From the NCBI GenBank assembly GCA_946647665.1, contig CAMPCW010000002.1, positions 1-50,721 on the forward strand: a stretch of DNA of 50,721 bases, in the 5' to 3' direction. The stretch is from an uncultured Bacillales bacterium (GTDB lineage: Bacteria > Bacillota_I > Bacilli_A > RFN20 > CAG-826). This document shows positions 1 to 9,693 of this stretch, piece after piece (the stretch's first letter is position 1; every line of letters begins with the position of its first letter). The notes beneath the pieces are model-generated. The model worked only from the letters and a program-made list of their open reading frames with translations, was not told where the DNA came from and ran no database searches. The translations under genes were made by a program, and so were the position numbers.

Positions 1-196
1 AAAGAAACTTATCCGCGTCCTCCACTTAGGCCATCGTGGACGAGACTTGGAATTTGAGAAATATTTCTACTTCCCTCATATATATAAAGACGGTTAAAAT
101 CGCTAAACTTGCGAAAAAAGTTATTCATATATTTACTTATTACTTAGTAATAAAAAAGTTTGATAATCAACATTATTCACATATAATTAATTAGGT

Positions 197-1072
197 ATGA
201 ACGGAATTATTATTGTTAATCAAGAGATTGGACATAATGTCTACAAAATCAAAAGGTATAAAGAAGAATTTTCTAAAATCGATGTCTCTTTAGATGTTTT
301 TGTTAATGATGGAACTTTGGCGATGATTAAAGATAACCAGTTATCGATTAATTTACCTAAATGTGATTTTGTTATTTATTTAGATAAAGATATTTATTTA
401 GCAAAGATCTTAGAAAAAGCTGGATACCGTTTGTTTAATAAAGCTGATTTTATCAAATTATGCGATGATAAAGCACTTACTAATATTGCCTGTGCTGCTA
501 GAGGCATTAAAATGCCAGATACTATTACGGGCCCTTTATTTTATTCTCAAGAATTAAAAGAAAATAATCTTAAGTTTTTAGATGACGTAATTGATAAACT
601 AGGCTTACCTTTAATATTAAAAAGAGTGTACGGCTCACTTGGATTAGGTGTTTATTTAATTAAAACAAAAGAAGAATTAATCGAAGCTTATAAAGAACAT
701 TGTCGCGCTCCAATATTATTCCAAAAATATGTGGGCAGCTCATATGGAGTTTCCGCTAGAGTTATTATTATTGATAAAAAAGTTGTAGGTGGATTTATCC
801 GTTACAACAAAACTGATTTTAGAAGTAATTTTGGGGACAATGCTTCTAGTAGACCTTTAAAAGAGGGCGATCGATGTTTTAAACTTGCTGAATATATTGC
901 TAAAGAACTAGATATTGAATACGCAGGAATTGATTTTATGTTCCTTGAAAGTGGTGAACCAATCTTGTGTGAGATTAACTCCAATGCCTTCTTTGAAGAA
1001 TTTGAAAAAGTAACCGGTATTAACGTAGCAAAAGAATACGCTTTAATGATTAAAAGAAAAATTTATGAATAA
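197..1072 (+). CDS. RimK-family ATP-grasp ligase (alpha-L-glutamate ligase-like)
   Basis: 291-aa ORF with ATP-grasp blocks LPLILKRVYGSLGLGVYLIK, ILFQKYV and YAGIDFMF..EPILCEINSNA. Confidence 0.7.
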   Translation: MNGIIIVNQEIGHNVYKIKRYKEEFSKIDVSLDVFVNDGTLAMIKDNQLSINLPKCDFVIYLDKDIYLAKILEKAGYRLFNKADFIKLCDDKALTNIACAARGIKMPDTITGPLFYSQELKENNLKFLDDVIDKLGLPLILKRVYGSLGLGVYLIKTKEELIEAYKEHCRAPILFQKYVGSSYGVSARVIIIDKKVVGGFIRYNKTDFRSNFGDNASSRPLKEGDRCFKLAEYIAKELDIEYAGIDFMFLESGEPILCEINSNAFFEEFEKVTGINVAKEYALMIKRKIYE

Positions 1073-1994
1073 AAACAAAAAGAGATTTGAACATAGGTCA
1101 AAAGACTACAAAGATATAAGAGAATATCCAGTAAATAAAAACTGTGAACTTTTAGAATTTTTGCTTGAAACATTAAAAGGTCAATCTCGAAATTCTGTGA
1201 AATCTATTTTAACTAATCATAGAGTGTCAGTAGATGGTGCACCAATTTCTCAATATAACTTCAAACTCGCTAAAGGAGATGTGGTGATTATTTCTAAAAC
1301 CCCTATTCATAAAAAGACTAGAAGCAACTTACCAATTATCTTTGAAAATGATGAAATTATTGTCATCAATAAACCAAGTGGATTACTTAGTATTGCTAGT
1401 GACAAAGAAAAAGGATCAACTGCTTATCGTATGTTAACTGACTATGTTCAACAAAAGGATAAACATAATCGAATTTATGTTGTTCATAGGCTCGATGAAG
1501 ATACCTCAGGTGTATTGATGGTGGCTAAAAACGAAAAGTTAAGAGACGCCCTCCAAGATAAGTGGAATGATCTAGTATCTTCTAGAGGTTATTATGCGAT
1601 TGTTGATGGTAAATTAGATAAAAAAAGTGCCACTTTGTCGTCATATTTAAAGAAAAACGCTCAAAACATGATGTATTCGTCAAAAAAAGTTGGAGATGGT
1701 CAATACGCTGTCACACACTATAAAGTTTTAGAAGAAAACGATAATTATTCCTTCCTTGATGTCCATATTGATTCAGGAAGAAAAAATCAAATAAGAGTTC
1801 ATTTAGGGGATATTGGTCATAACATCATTGGTGATGATAAGTATGGTAATCCTACTAATCCAATTAAGCGATTAGGCTTACATGCTTATGAACTTATTTT
1901 GAAGCATCCTTTTACCGGGAAGGTTTTAAAATTTAAAGCTCCAATTCCAAAAGAGTTTGAAACTTTGTTTCCAAACATTAAAGTTAAATTGTAA
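1065..1994 (+). CDS. RluA-family rRNA pseudouridine synthase with N-terminal S4 domain
   Basis: HRLDEDTSGVLMVAK catalytic-Asp motif and GRKNQIRVH block; start overlaps the upstream stop by 8 nt. Confidence 0.85.
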   Translation: MNKNKKRFEHRSKDYKDIREYPVNKNCELLEFLLETLKGQSRNSVKSILTNHRVSVDGAPISQYNFKLAKGDVVIISKTPIHKKTRSNLPIIFENDEIIVINKPSGLLSIASDKEKGSTAYRMLTDYVQQKDKHNRIYVVHRLDEDTSGVLMVAKNEKLRDALQDKWNDLVSSRGYYAIVDGKLDKKSATLSSYLKKNAQNMMYSSKKVGDGQYAVTHYKVLEENDNYSFLDVHIDSGRKNQIRVHLGDIGHNIIGDDKYGNPTNPIKRLGLHAYELILKHPFTGKVLKFKAPIPKEFETLFPNIKVKL

Positions 1995-2008
1995 AATATA
2001 GAGCACAT

Positions 2009-3040
2009 ATGAATGTCTGGTTAGCAATTGCACTTATTTTAGCGGTAGTAACGTTCTATTTATTAGCGATAGAAATTTTTTCTGTTGCTTTTAAGCTTAC
2101 TGGACTTTCCACTAAAAAAATTAAATTTCAAGTTGCTTCTTTATTCACTAGTACCGGTTTTACTACAAATGAGTCTGAATTAATTGTTGGTGATGATCGT
2201 AGAAGAAGAATTGCCACAATCTGTATGTATACAGGACATATTTTCTCTGTGGCTTTCATGGGATTGATAATTAATGTCTTCTTTACTTTAGTAAATATGA
2301 AGGAATTTGATTTCACAATTCAAACTTATACTGAATGGTACTTCATTATTCTTTATATTACTTCTGGCTTATTCTTAATAATGCTTATCTTAAAGATTCC
2401 TCCTGTAAATAAGCACTTTCAAAAGTTTTTAGAGGCTGTCGCTATTAATTCTTCCAAGAAAACAAGGAACACTAATTATATTTCTGTTATTGATTTACAA
2501 GGTAAACATGCAATTGCAGAAGTTATTTTAAATCATATCCCTCCTTTTGCAGTAGATACTCCACTTAGCAAAATGGAATTGACTAAAAATTATTCTATTA
2601 ACGTTCTCTCTATTAAAAGAGGCAAAAGGATCGTTGATGTTACAAAAGACACGATGTTTAGAAAAGGCGACATTTTAATTGTTTTTGGTCTTATTAATGA
2701 CATTAAGCAAGCATTCATCAATTCTGTATCAGGAGACGTTATTAAAGAAGTGGAAAGATATAACGAGATTAACTTGGTTAATAACTATGGCACAAACGCC
2801 TTAGTGGAAGTCTTTGTTGATGAAGTGCCTCAAGAACTAGAAAATGTTAAAATACAAGATGCACATCTTAAAGATCGATATAACATTACGGTGGGCATTA
2901 TTAAAAGAAATGATTCTTACGTGTCTGCAAATAAAGACACGGTCATCTTAAAAGGCGATTTGTTGACTTTGTTTGGACCTTATAAAAATATAAAGCTGCT
3001 GTTTAAAAACGACGACAAAGAAAAAGATAAAGAAGAATAA
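2009..3040 (+). CDS. Membrane protein with two C-terminal TrkA-C (RCK_C) domains
   Basis: N-terminal TM helices with a TSTGFTT pore-loop-like motif; two repeats of the ..V..GS.L.GK.L.D....I.V..I.R pattern (ISVIDLQGKHAI.., ALVEVFVDEVPQEL..). Confidence 0.6.
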   Translation: MNVWLAIALILAVVTFYLLAIEIFSVAFKLTGLSTKKIKFQVASLFTSTGFTTNESELIVGDDRRRRIATICMYTGHIFSVAFMGLIINVFFTLVNMKEFDFTIQTYTEWYFIILYITSGLFLIMLILKIPPVNKHFQKFLEAVAINSSKKTRNTNYISVIDLQGKHAIAEVILNHIPPFAVDTPLSKMELTKNYSINVLSIKRGKRIVDVTKDTMFRKGDILIVFGLINDIKQAFINSVSGDVIKEVERYNEINLVNNYGTNALVEVFVDEVPQELENVKIQDAHLKDRYNITVGIIKRNDSYVSANKDTVILKGDLLTLFGPYKNIKLLFKNDDKEKDKEE

Positions 3041-3042
3041 AT

Positions 3043-3090
3043 AAATATGCACAAAAAGTATCGAACTTATGTACATATTTTTTTGTTTTT
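3043..3090 (+). terminator. Putative rho-independent terminator
   Basis: AAATATGCAC (3043-3052) pairs with GTACATATTT (3071-3080) with one mismatch, followed by TTTTGTTTTT; the loop is long (18 nt). Confidence 0.45.
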
Positions 3091-3120
3091 ATTTAAATAA
3101 AGTTGTATAGTATTTGTCTT

Positions 3121-3786
3121 ATGATAAGGGCATTACCAAAATACACAAATAAACAAGAAATATGGAACACAATTACACACTTACTTGGAGTAGTGTTTTC
3201 TTTTATTGTTTTAGGAATTTTTATAGCAGTGCAAATAAAGAAAAATTTGAGCTTTTATTGCATGTATCCTTTCTACATTTATTTTTTATTTATGCTTATG
3301 GTTTTTTCGAATTCTGCCTTATACCATTCAAGCCCTCAAAATAGCAAAATACGCTCTCTTTGTCGCGTTATTGATCATTGTGACATCTATTTATTCGTTG
3401 CTGGAACCTATACTCCAATCTGTTTAAGAGCAATATCTGACTACAACATTTCAACAGCCTTAATTATCATTCAATGGTCGTTAGCAATTATTGGATTTTT
3501 AATTACAATTTTAGGATTAGGAAATAAGAAATGTGATTTGATTGGCTATATCATCTATATCATTCAAGGCTGGGCAGTTATCTTCTTCTATCCGTTTAAA
3601 CAAGTATTAGATTTTAATGTTTTCTTATTTATTTTATTAGGTGGTGTAATATACACAATAGGGGCTATATCGTATGCAATCGGAAAGAAAAATAAATGGT
3701 TCCATACTTATTTCCATGTTTTCATTTTAACGGCTGCAATCATACAATTTATTGGTATTTATAGTATTCTTTGCCCATTATTTTAA
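3121..3786 (+). CDS. Hemolysin III / PAQR family membrane protein
   Basis: 7-TM protein with motifs NTITHLLG, SALYHS, DHCDIYLFVAGTYTP and HVFILTAA; ATG 3121 is preferred over the TTG 3103 used by the ORF track. Confidence 0.8.
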   Translation: MIRALPKYTNKQEIWNTITHLLGVVFSFIVLGIFIAVQIKKNLSFYCMYPFYIYFLFMLMVFSNSALYHSSPQNSKIRSLCRVIDHCDIYLFVAGTYTPICLRAISDYNISTALIIIQWSLAIIGFLITILGLGNKKCDLIGYIIYIIQGWAVIFFYPFKQVLDFNVFLFILLGGVIYTIGAISYAIGKKNKWFHTYFHVFILTAAIIQFIGIYSILCPLF

Positions 3787-3857
3787 TTTAAAATAATTGA
3801 ATATTAGATGTTTTAATTTATAATTAAACAATCTTAGAAAGATTGGAGGACCTTGTT

Positions 3858-5600
3858 TTGAACATTAAAAGATTCTCAATTTTATTACTTGCCACATCGC
3901 TATTTATGGTTAGCTGTGGAGAAATATCTGATCCAGAACATTATCACGAGTGGGGTGATCCTATTTATGTTTGGAATGCAGATTATTCTTCTTGCACTGC
4001 CTCCAGAGTTTGTAAATTAGATGCACGTCATGTTGAAAAAGAGGATTCTGCCTCTGTTTATAAATTGGTAGAAGAGGCAACTGAAACCGATACTGGTTTA
4101 GGACGTTATACTGCTTCGTTTACTAATACTGCATTTAAAACCCAAACTAAAGAAATTACAATTCCACAGATAACTACAATTGATTCCTATGAATCTGCGG
4201 TTAATAGTGTTAGAACAAAACATAACTATACAGTTCATTTAGTTAATAAGTGGGACATAGAGCCTACACCTTGGGTTGAATTTAATTTATATAATATCGA
4301 TGATGAAGCAATTTTTGATGATTATTCACCTTATTACTATAGTGGATATATAAAGCAAAAAGGACAAGGCATCGTTACTTTCCAATCTTTGAAATCCACA
4401 GGCTCTATGGTTATGGGATATTTTGTATCCACTAATTTGGAAAGAACCATTAGCGAAGTTTATCCAATCGCTTTAGAACATATTTTAGAAGAAGAATTTG
4501 TTTATAGTGAAGAAAGAGAAGCTTATATTTGTTCGAGCATGGCAGCAATGGCTGTTATTGGTAATTTAGCTTTTAGTGATTATGTTGAATTGGTTTCTGC
4601 ACCAAGTGATTTCACAATGGAATATGTTGATAAAAGTTTAGTTATCACTTGTATCTTTGATGTCAGATATTTTGATATAGAAGAAAAACACACTAATGCA
4701 ACAGTTACCCTAACAGTTTCTAATTTTGAAAAAACACATAATGATGCTATTGAAACTTACGTTAAAACTCCTGATTATTGTTATGCCGCTCCTACTGAAT
4801 GGGATAGTGATGCAATTAGTTATTTCGATGAGAAATACAATAGTTTCTATCCACCATTTATTGATAACCTTTCATACTCTTATAGATTAGGTTTAATTGC
4901 TAGTGAAGGTGCATATCGCCCAGTAATAGAAGATTATTATGGTGGCGACTTAGTGACTCCATATGCTTCTAAATTAGTTGAAGAAGGTTTTAAAAGGGTC
5001 ACCAATCCTGGATATATTGAATATCAAAAAATAGTTGAAGAAGAATTATTGATACACACGTACTCTATTAAAATGAGATATCTTGCTCCTACTGATAAAG
5101 ATAAGTCTGGTATGGAATATAGCTATTTATATCCAAATGGTATTTCTACATTTATTTTTGTACATACCTCTAAAACTAAAGCTACTATCACAGATGTTGG
5201 CAAATTAAATGATTTCATTTCAAAGAGCTCGGTAGGTAATTTCTTACCAAAATTTAATTTAGCGGATTCCACACCTGTAGATTTATTTAAAGACGCTACT
5301 GAAAGCGAACCTTCAATGGCGATAATTTTAAAAGGTGATGGCAAAGATTTTTTTAGAATTTATCCTGATACTAAAGAGCGTGCCTTAAGCGCTGTTAGTG
5401 ATTTTGTTACTGCCTTAATATCTTTAGGCTTTGAAGGAGGATCATCATCGTTCTCACAACAATATTGGTTAACGGATGAATATGGCAGTAAAGTCTATAT
5501 TGATGATCCAAGTTATGTCACTACTTGGACCGAAACCTCTAAAATCCAGGTTCGTATTGAAATTTCTAAAGAAACATTAGAGCACCACGAATCTAATTAG
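3858..5600 (+). CDS. Lipoprotein of unknown function
   Basis: SD GGAGGA at 3845-3850 sits 7 nt before TTG 3858. This gives MNIKRFSILLLATSLFMVSCG with a lipobox (FMVS-C). The ORF-track start 3843 overlaps the SD itself. Confidence 0.7.
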   Translation: MNIKRFSILLLATSLFMVSCGEISDPEHYHEWGDPIYVWNADYSSCTASRVCKLDARHVEKEDSASVYKLVEEATETDTGLGRYTASFTNTAFKTQTKEITIPQITTIDSYESAVNSVRTKHNYTVHLVNKWDIEPTPWVEFNLYNIDDEAIFDDYSPYYYSGYIKQKGQGIVTFQSLKSTGSMVMGYFVSTNLERTISEVYPIALEHILEEEFVYSEEREAYICSSMAAMAVIGNLAFSDYVELVSAPSDFTMEYVDKSLVITCIFDVRYFDIEEKHTNATVTLTVSNFEKTHNDAIETYVKTPDYCYAAPTEWDSDAISYFDEKYNSFYPPFIDNLSYSYRLGLIASEGAYRPVIEDYYGGDLVTPYASKLVEEGFKRVTNPGYIEYQKIVEEELLIHTYSIKMRYLAPTDKDKSGMEYSYLYPNGISTFIFVHTSKTKATITDVGKLNDFISKSSVGNFLPKFNLADSTPVDLFKDATESEPSMAIILKGDGKDFFRIYPDTKERALSAVSDFVTALISLGFEGGSSSFSQQYWLTDEYGSKVYIDDPSYVTTWTETSKIQVRIEISKETLEHHESN

Positions 5601-5619
5601 AATTAGGTTATTATTAATC

Positions 5620-5647
5620 GAAGGGTTATAAGCCCTTCTTTTATTTT
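5620..5647 (+). terminator. Rho-independent terminator
   Basis: GAAGGG-N7-CCCTTC followed by TTTTATTTT. Confidence 0.6.
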
Positions 5648-5675
5648 AAATATAAAAGCCATATAATATAAAAAG

Positions 5676-7367
5676 ATGAAATCTAAGAAATTTATTTCTA
5701 TATCAACATTATTTGTTTTTCTTGCTGGTGCAATTGCAGGTTCATTTTCTTTTAAAGAATCTAAATCATTAGCTGTATCTATTGCTGATGCTCCAGAAGA
5801 TTATTATGCTTCTATTGATGAATCAATGACTGGTAATACTCTTTTAGGTAAATTGAAATCCATTATTAATACAAGCAAAGTGGATGTGGATTATGACTGG
5901 TCAAGATATTACGCTGCCGATGAAGACCCTAATAACAATCAAAATGTTATCTTAATTTATGCTAGATATTCTTCTCCAAAGAGTAATAGTGGAGGAGGTA
6001 TTAAAAACTGGAATAGAGAGCATACTTTTCCCCAATCCAAAATTACCTCTGAAAAAGCTAAAAAAGATAATCACATTGTCTATGCTAGCGATAACAAAGT
6101 TAATGGTGCTAGAAGTAGCATTAAAATGGGCTATGTTAAAGATGGATCAGTCGTTAAAGATATGTATGGAAGAGATACAACTTGTCTTAAAACTACTGAT
6201 AGATTTGACCCTCATAATGAAGCTAGAGGAATTGTTGCTAGAAGCACGATGTATGCTGCTGCGATGTATGGCTTTGATCCAGAAGACAATTTTGAAAGTA
6301 TCGAAACAATGCTTGAATGGCATTTAGAATATTCTCCTTCTGCTAACGACATGCGAAGAAATGATGTTGTATATGAAAATCAACACAACAGAAATCCGTT
6401 TGTAGATCATCCAGAATATGCTTGTAGAGTATGGGGCAACGAAAGTGCCGCTACTCAAAAATTATGTAATTCTTATGCTCCAGGAATTTATTTGTCTGAC
6501 GATTCACTTTCTTTATTTGTTGAAGACATGACTACAATTAGTGCTACTACAACTGATAGTTCTGATATTACTTGGACAAACGATAATCCTGATGTTATTA
6601 GTTTAGGTTCTAGTTCTTCTTCATCAGGATCATCAATAACAGTAACTGGTTTATCAGCAGGTACTGCCACAATAACCGCATCTGCAATTGTAGATAATGA
6701 GACGTATACTTCTACATGTGTGGTAGCTGTTTCTAGTAAACCTGTAACTGAATTAACATCAATATCTTTAACTGGAAGTTACAAAACTGAATTTGAACTA
6801 GGTGACTCTTTTACTTGCGATGGACTTGTAGTGAAAGCTAATTATTCTGATAAAACAAGCAGAGAATTATCTAAAGATGAATATAATCTTGTTGAACCTG
6901 ATATGTCTACCACTGGTAGTAAGACTGTAAACATTTCATATACTGAAGACGAGATTACTAAATCAGCTTCCTATAACATTATTGTTATTGATCCTATAAT
7001 TCATGTTTCTTCAATAACATTAAATAAGGATAGTTTAGAACTTTTAGTGAATCAGCAAATGAGGTTAGAAGCTACTGTATTACCTGTTAATGCAGATAAT
7101 AAAGAAGTAATATGGTCTAGTAGCAATGATAATGTTGTAACTGTTTCTTTTATGGGCCTAGTAAGCGCAAAAAGTGTTGGTGAAGCCATAATTGCAGTAA
7201 AAACAGTAGATGGTGGATTGGAAGCCACTTGTACGGTTAGGGTTACTAATCCGCAACCAGCCGGCGGAGGCTGTGGAGGAAACGTTATTACAACGAGTGT
7301 AATTTTAAGTTCTTTAAGTTTGCTCGGTGTAGGTATATTATTATTAAAACGAAAGTTTATTAAATAG
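5676..7367 (+). CDS. Secreted/anchored endonuclease I family nuclease with Big_2 domains and a C-terminal membrane anchor
   Basis: N-terminal signal/TM segment; endonuclease I blocks NREHTFPQS and NRNPFVDHPEY; Ig-like Big_2-type repeats (e.g. EATVLPVNADNKEVIWSSSNDNVVTV ... VKTVDGGLEATCTVRV); tail GGGCGGN + TM + KRKFIK. Confidence 0.8.
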   Translation: MKSKKFISISTLFVFLAGAIAGSFSFKESKSLAVSIADAPEDYYASIDESMTGNTLLGKLKSIINTSKVDVDYDWSRYYAADEDPNNNQNVILIYARYSSPKSNSGGGIKNWNREHTFPQSKITSEKAKKDNHIVYASDNKVNGARSSIKMGYVKDGSVVKDMYGRDTTCLKTTDRFDPHNEARGIVARSTMYAAAMYGFDPEDNFESIETMLEWHLEYSPSANDMRRNDVVYENQHNRNPFVDHPEYACRVWGNESAATQKLCNSYAPGIYLSDDSLSLFVEDMTTISATTTDSSDITWTNDNPDVISLGSSSSSSGSSITVTGLSAGTATITASAIVDNETYTSTCVVAVSSKPVTELTSISLTGSYKTEFELGDSFTCDGLVVKANYSDKTSRELSKDEYNLVEPDMSTTGSKTVNISYTEDEITKSASYNIIVIDPIIHVSSITLNKDSLELLVNQQMRLEATVLPVNADNKEVIWSSSNDNVVTVSFMGLVSAKSVGEAIIAVKTVDGGLEATCTVRVTNPQPAGGGCGGNVITTSVILSSLSLLGVGILLLKRKFIK

Positions 7368-7388
7368 AGAATTAAGGAGAATAATTTT

Positions 7389-7739
7389 ATGGCAGTCAAA
7401 AAAGCAAAACCAGAAAAGAAACCTTTAGTAAAGAAAGCAGTCCCAGATAAGAAAAAAGCTGCTCCAGAAAAAAAGGAGGCTCCAAAGAAAGCTGATAAAC
7501 CTGCAGCCAAAAAGCCAGAGCCAAAGAAGGAAGCAACAAGAACTTATCACGTCGTTAAAAGACCTGAAGACGGTAAGTGGGAAGTGAAATTTGCTGGTGG
7601 ACAAAAGGCAATTAAATTATTTGACACCCAAAAAGAAGCCTTAGAGTATTCTAAAGTTATGGCTAAAAATCAAGGTGGAAGTATGTTAGTTCATAATTCC
7701 AAAGGTGCAAATAAGGGCCGTATCAAAAGCAAAAAATAA
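7389..7739 (+). CDS. DUF2188-like small protein with Lys/Ala/Pro-rich N-terminal tail
   Basis: SD AAGGAGA lies upstream; the N-terminal 50 aa are KKAxPEKK-type repeats; the C-terminal block is YHVVKRPEDGKWEVKFAGGQKAIKLFDTQKEALEYSKVMAKNQG. Confidence 0.7.
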   Translation: MAVKKAKPEKKPLVKKAVPDKKKAAPEKKEAPKKADKPAAKKPEPKKEATRTYHVVKRPEDGKWEVKFAGGQKAIKLFDTQKEALEYSKVMAKNQGGSMLVHNSKGANKGRIKSKK

Positions 7740-7754
7740 TTAAGCTTAAATTTT

Positions 7755-7785
7755 AAAAGAGACGCAGCAGCGCGTCTCTTTTTTA
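7755..7785. terminator. Bidirectional rho-independent terminator between the DUF2188 gene and typA
   Basis: AGAGACGC-N6-GCGTCTCT flanked by an A-run (left) and a T-run (right). Confidence 0.8.
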
Positions 7786-7789
7786 TATT

Positions 7790-9622
7790 TTACTCGTTTT
7801 CCTGCGCTTTTTTTACATGCGCTTCATATTTCTTTCTTTCAGCAGTATTTAAGATCTTTTTTCGCATACGGAAAGTGTTAGGAGTAATCTCAACTAACTC
7901 ATCGCTATTGATATAGTCTAAACAAGCTTCTAATGACATCTTTCTTGGAGATTTTAAAACAACTGTGTTGTCTTTATTGCTGCTTCTAACATTGGTAAGG
8001 TTTTTCTTTTGAGTAACGTTGACCGCTAAATCAAAATCATAACGATGTTCACCAACAATCATGCCTTCATAAACTTCAGTACCCGGAAGAATAAACATTG
8101 TTCCTCTTTCTTCGGTATGTTCAATAGCGTATGGTGTTGCTTGGCCAGCTTCTACAGAAACTAAAACACCGATATTTCTTTCTCCAATAGAAGAAGATTG
8201 TATTGGGCGATATTCTTTATATGTATGTGATAAAATACCATAACCTTTGGTTAAAGTCATAAAATTGGTCATATAACCTAATAAACCTCGTGATGGAATA
8301 ACATATTTAAGAATAGTAACTGTTTCTTTTGCATCCATAGAAACTAGTTCTCCGCTTCTTTCCCCAATTGTGGTCATGATATCTCCAACGTATTCATTAG
8401 GAACATCAATTAATAAATCTTCATATGGTTCACATTTTACGCCGTCAATTTCTTTAATAATGACTTGAGGTTTACTAACTTCCAATTCAAATCCTTCTCT
8501 TCTCATATTTTCTATTAAAATAGAAAGATGGAGTTCGCCTCTACCGGAAACAATCCAAGATTCGGTATTTGGAATACGATCTACTCTTAAAGCCACATCT
8601 CTTTGAGTTTCTCTATATAATCTTTCTTCGATTTTTCTAGCTGTTAAAAGTTTTCCATCTTTTCCTGAAAATGGAGATGAATTAGTTCCAAAAGTCATTT
8701 GTAAAGTTGGTTCATCTAATCTAATAAGAGGTAAAGCTTCAACTTGGTTAAATGCACAGATAGTTTCACCAACATTGATATCTGCTAAACCAGCAACAGC
8801 GACTATATCTCCGGCACTAGCTTCATTTACTTCTAGTCTTTTTAATCCTTGGAAACCAAAGAGTTTTAAGACCCTGAAATTAGTGGTGCTACCATCTAAT
8901 CTTGAAACAGTACAGTTGTCATTTACGTGGATCGTGCCTCTTTTAATGGTGCCAATTCCAATTCTTCCAACAAAGTCATTATAGTCTAGTAATGCCACTT
9001 GCATTTGTAATGGTTTATTTACATCTGTTTTAGGGGCAGGTATCTCATCAATGATGGTTTGTAAGACTGCATCCATACCTTCTTTTTGAGTGGCAGGATT
9101 GCTATCTAATGAACTTGTTCCTTTTAATGCAGAAGTATAGACAGTTTTGAATTCTAGGAATTCGTCTGGAGCACCTAATTCGATAAATAAAGTTAATACC
9201 TCATCTAAAGTTTGTTCGATGTTAATATTAGCTCTATCTATTTTATTGATTACAACAATTGGCTTAACATGAGCTTCTAAAGCCTTCTTTAAAACAAATC
9301 TAGTTTGTGGCATGGTACCTTCAAAAGCGTCCACTAAAAGCAAACAACCATCTACCATGTTCATGATACGTTCAACTTCGCCACCAAAATCAGCATGGCC
9401 AGGAGTGTCAAGAATGTTTATTTTAGTGCCTTTATAAACGATAGAGGTGGTTTTAGCTAAGATAGTAATGCCTCTTTCTCTTTCGATGTCATTAGAGTCC
9501 ATTGCTCTATCGGATAATTCTTCATTACTTCTAAATGTTTCGGAGGATTTTAAAAGTTGATCAACAAGAGTGGTTTTTCCATGATCTACGTGAGCGATGA
9601 TTGCGATGTTCCTTAATTCCAT
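7790..9622 (-). CDS. typA: Translational GTPase TypA/BipA
   Basis: 610 aa; [23 protein letters not shown] and NKIDR GTPase motifs; EF-G-like architecture. Confidence 0.95.
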   Translation of the reverse strand: MELRNIAIIAHVDHGKTTLVDQLLKSSETFRSNEELSDRAMDSNDIERERGITILAKTTSIVYKGTKINILDTPGHADFGGEVERIMNMVDGCLLLVDAFEGTMPQTRFVLKKALEAHVKPIVVINKIDRANINIEQTLDEVLTLFIELGAPDEFLEFKTVYTSALKGTSSLDSNPATQKEGMDAVLQTIIDEIPAPKTDVNKPLQMQVALLDYNDFVGRIGIGTIKRGTIHVNDNCTVSRLDGSTTNFRVLKLFGFQGLKRLEVNEASAGDIVAVAGLADINVGETICAFNQVEALPLIRLDEPTLQMTFGTNSSPFSGKDGKLLTARKIEERLYRETQRDVALRVDRIPNTESWIVSGRGELHLSILIENMRREGFELEVSKPQVIIKEIDGVKCEPYEDLLIDVPNEYVGDIMTTIGERSGELVSMDAKETVTILKYVIPSRGLLGYMTNFMTLTKGYGILSHTYKEYRPIQSSSIGERNIGVLVSVEAGQATPYAIEHTEERGTMFILPGTEVYEGMIVGEHRYDFDLAVNVTQKKNLTNVRSSNKDNTVVLKSPRKMSLEACLDYINSDELVEITPNTFRMRKKILNTAERKKYEAHVKKAQENE

Positions 9623-9641
9623 AATTATTCCTCCTAATTAC

Positions 9642-9670
9642 AAAAAATCTTTTCAATAATAGAAAAGACT
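9642..9670 (-). terminator. Possible terminator of the rsmI operon, overlapping a typA promoter-like TTGAAA-17-TATTAT
   Basis: On the minus strand, TCTTTTC-N7-GAAAAGA is followed by TTTTTTG. The TATTAT box lies in the loop, so the two readings compete. Confidence 0.35.
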
Positions 9671-9693
9671 TCTAGCAATTTCAAGAATAATTA

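Noticed and set aside
1-100. Hairpins at the window edge, CGTCC..GGACG (16-50) and the palindrome AGAAATATTTCT (59-70), as a possible 3' end of an RNA gene.
   Set aside because: The sequence is truncated by the window boundary and has no recognisable tRNA, tmRNA, RNase P or SRP signature. It cannot be interpreted.
7052-7510. ORF-track ORFs antisense to or nested in well-supported genes. Examples: 802..984, 2128..2316, 5123..5344, 5959..6327, 6488..6670, 7052..7510, 8775..8984, 10283..10558, 11013..11195, 12480..12896, 14280..14528, 18018..18332, 28374..29782 (several), 31381..31793, 32611..33299, 35805..36017, 36271..37984, 38961..39317, 39959..40231, 40485..40694, 43978..44175, 44270..44479, 44791..45021, 46640..46846, 49396..49614, 49918..50196 and 50224..50457.
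   Set aside because: They are shadow ORFs on the opposite strand or in an alternate frame of genes with clear family signatures. They have low-complexity or implausible composition and no SD.
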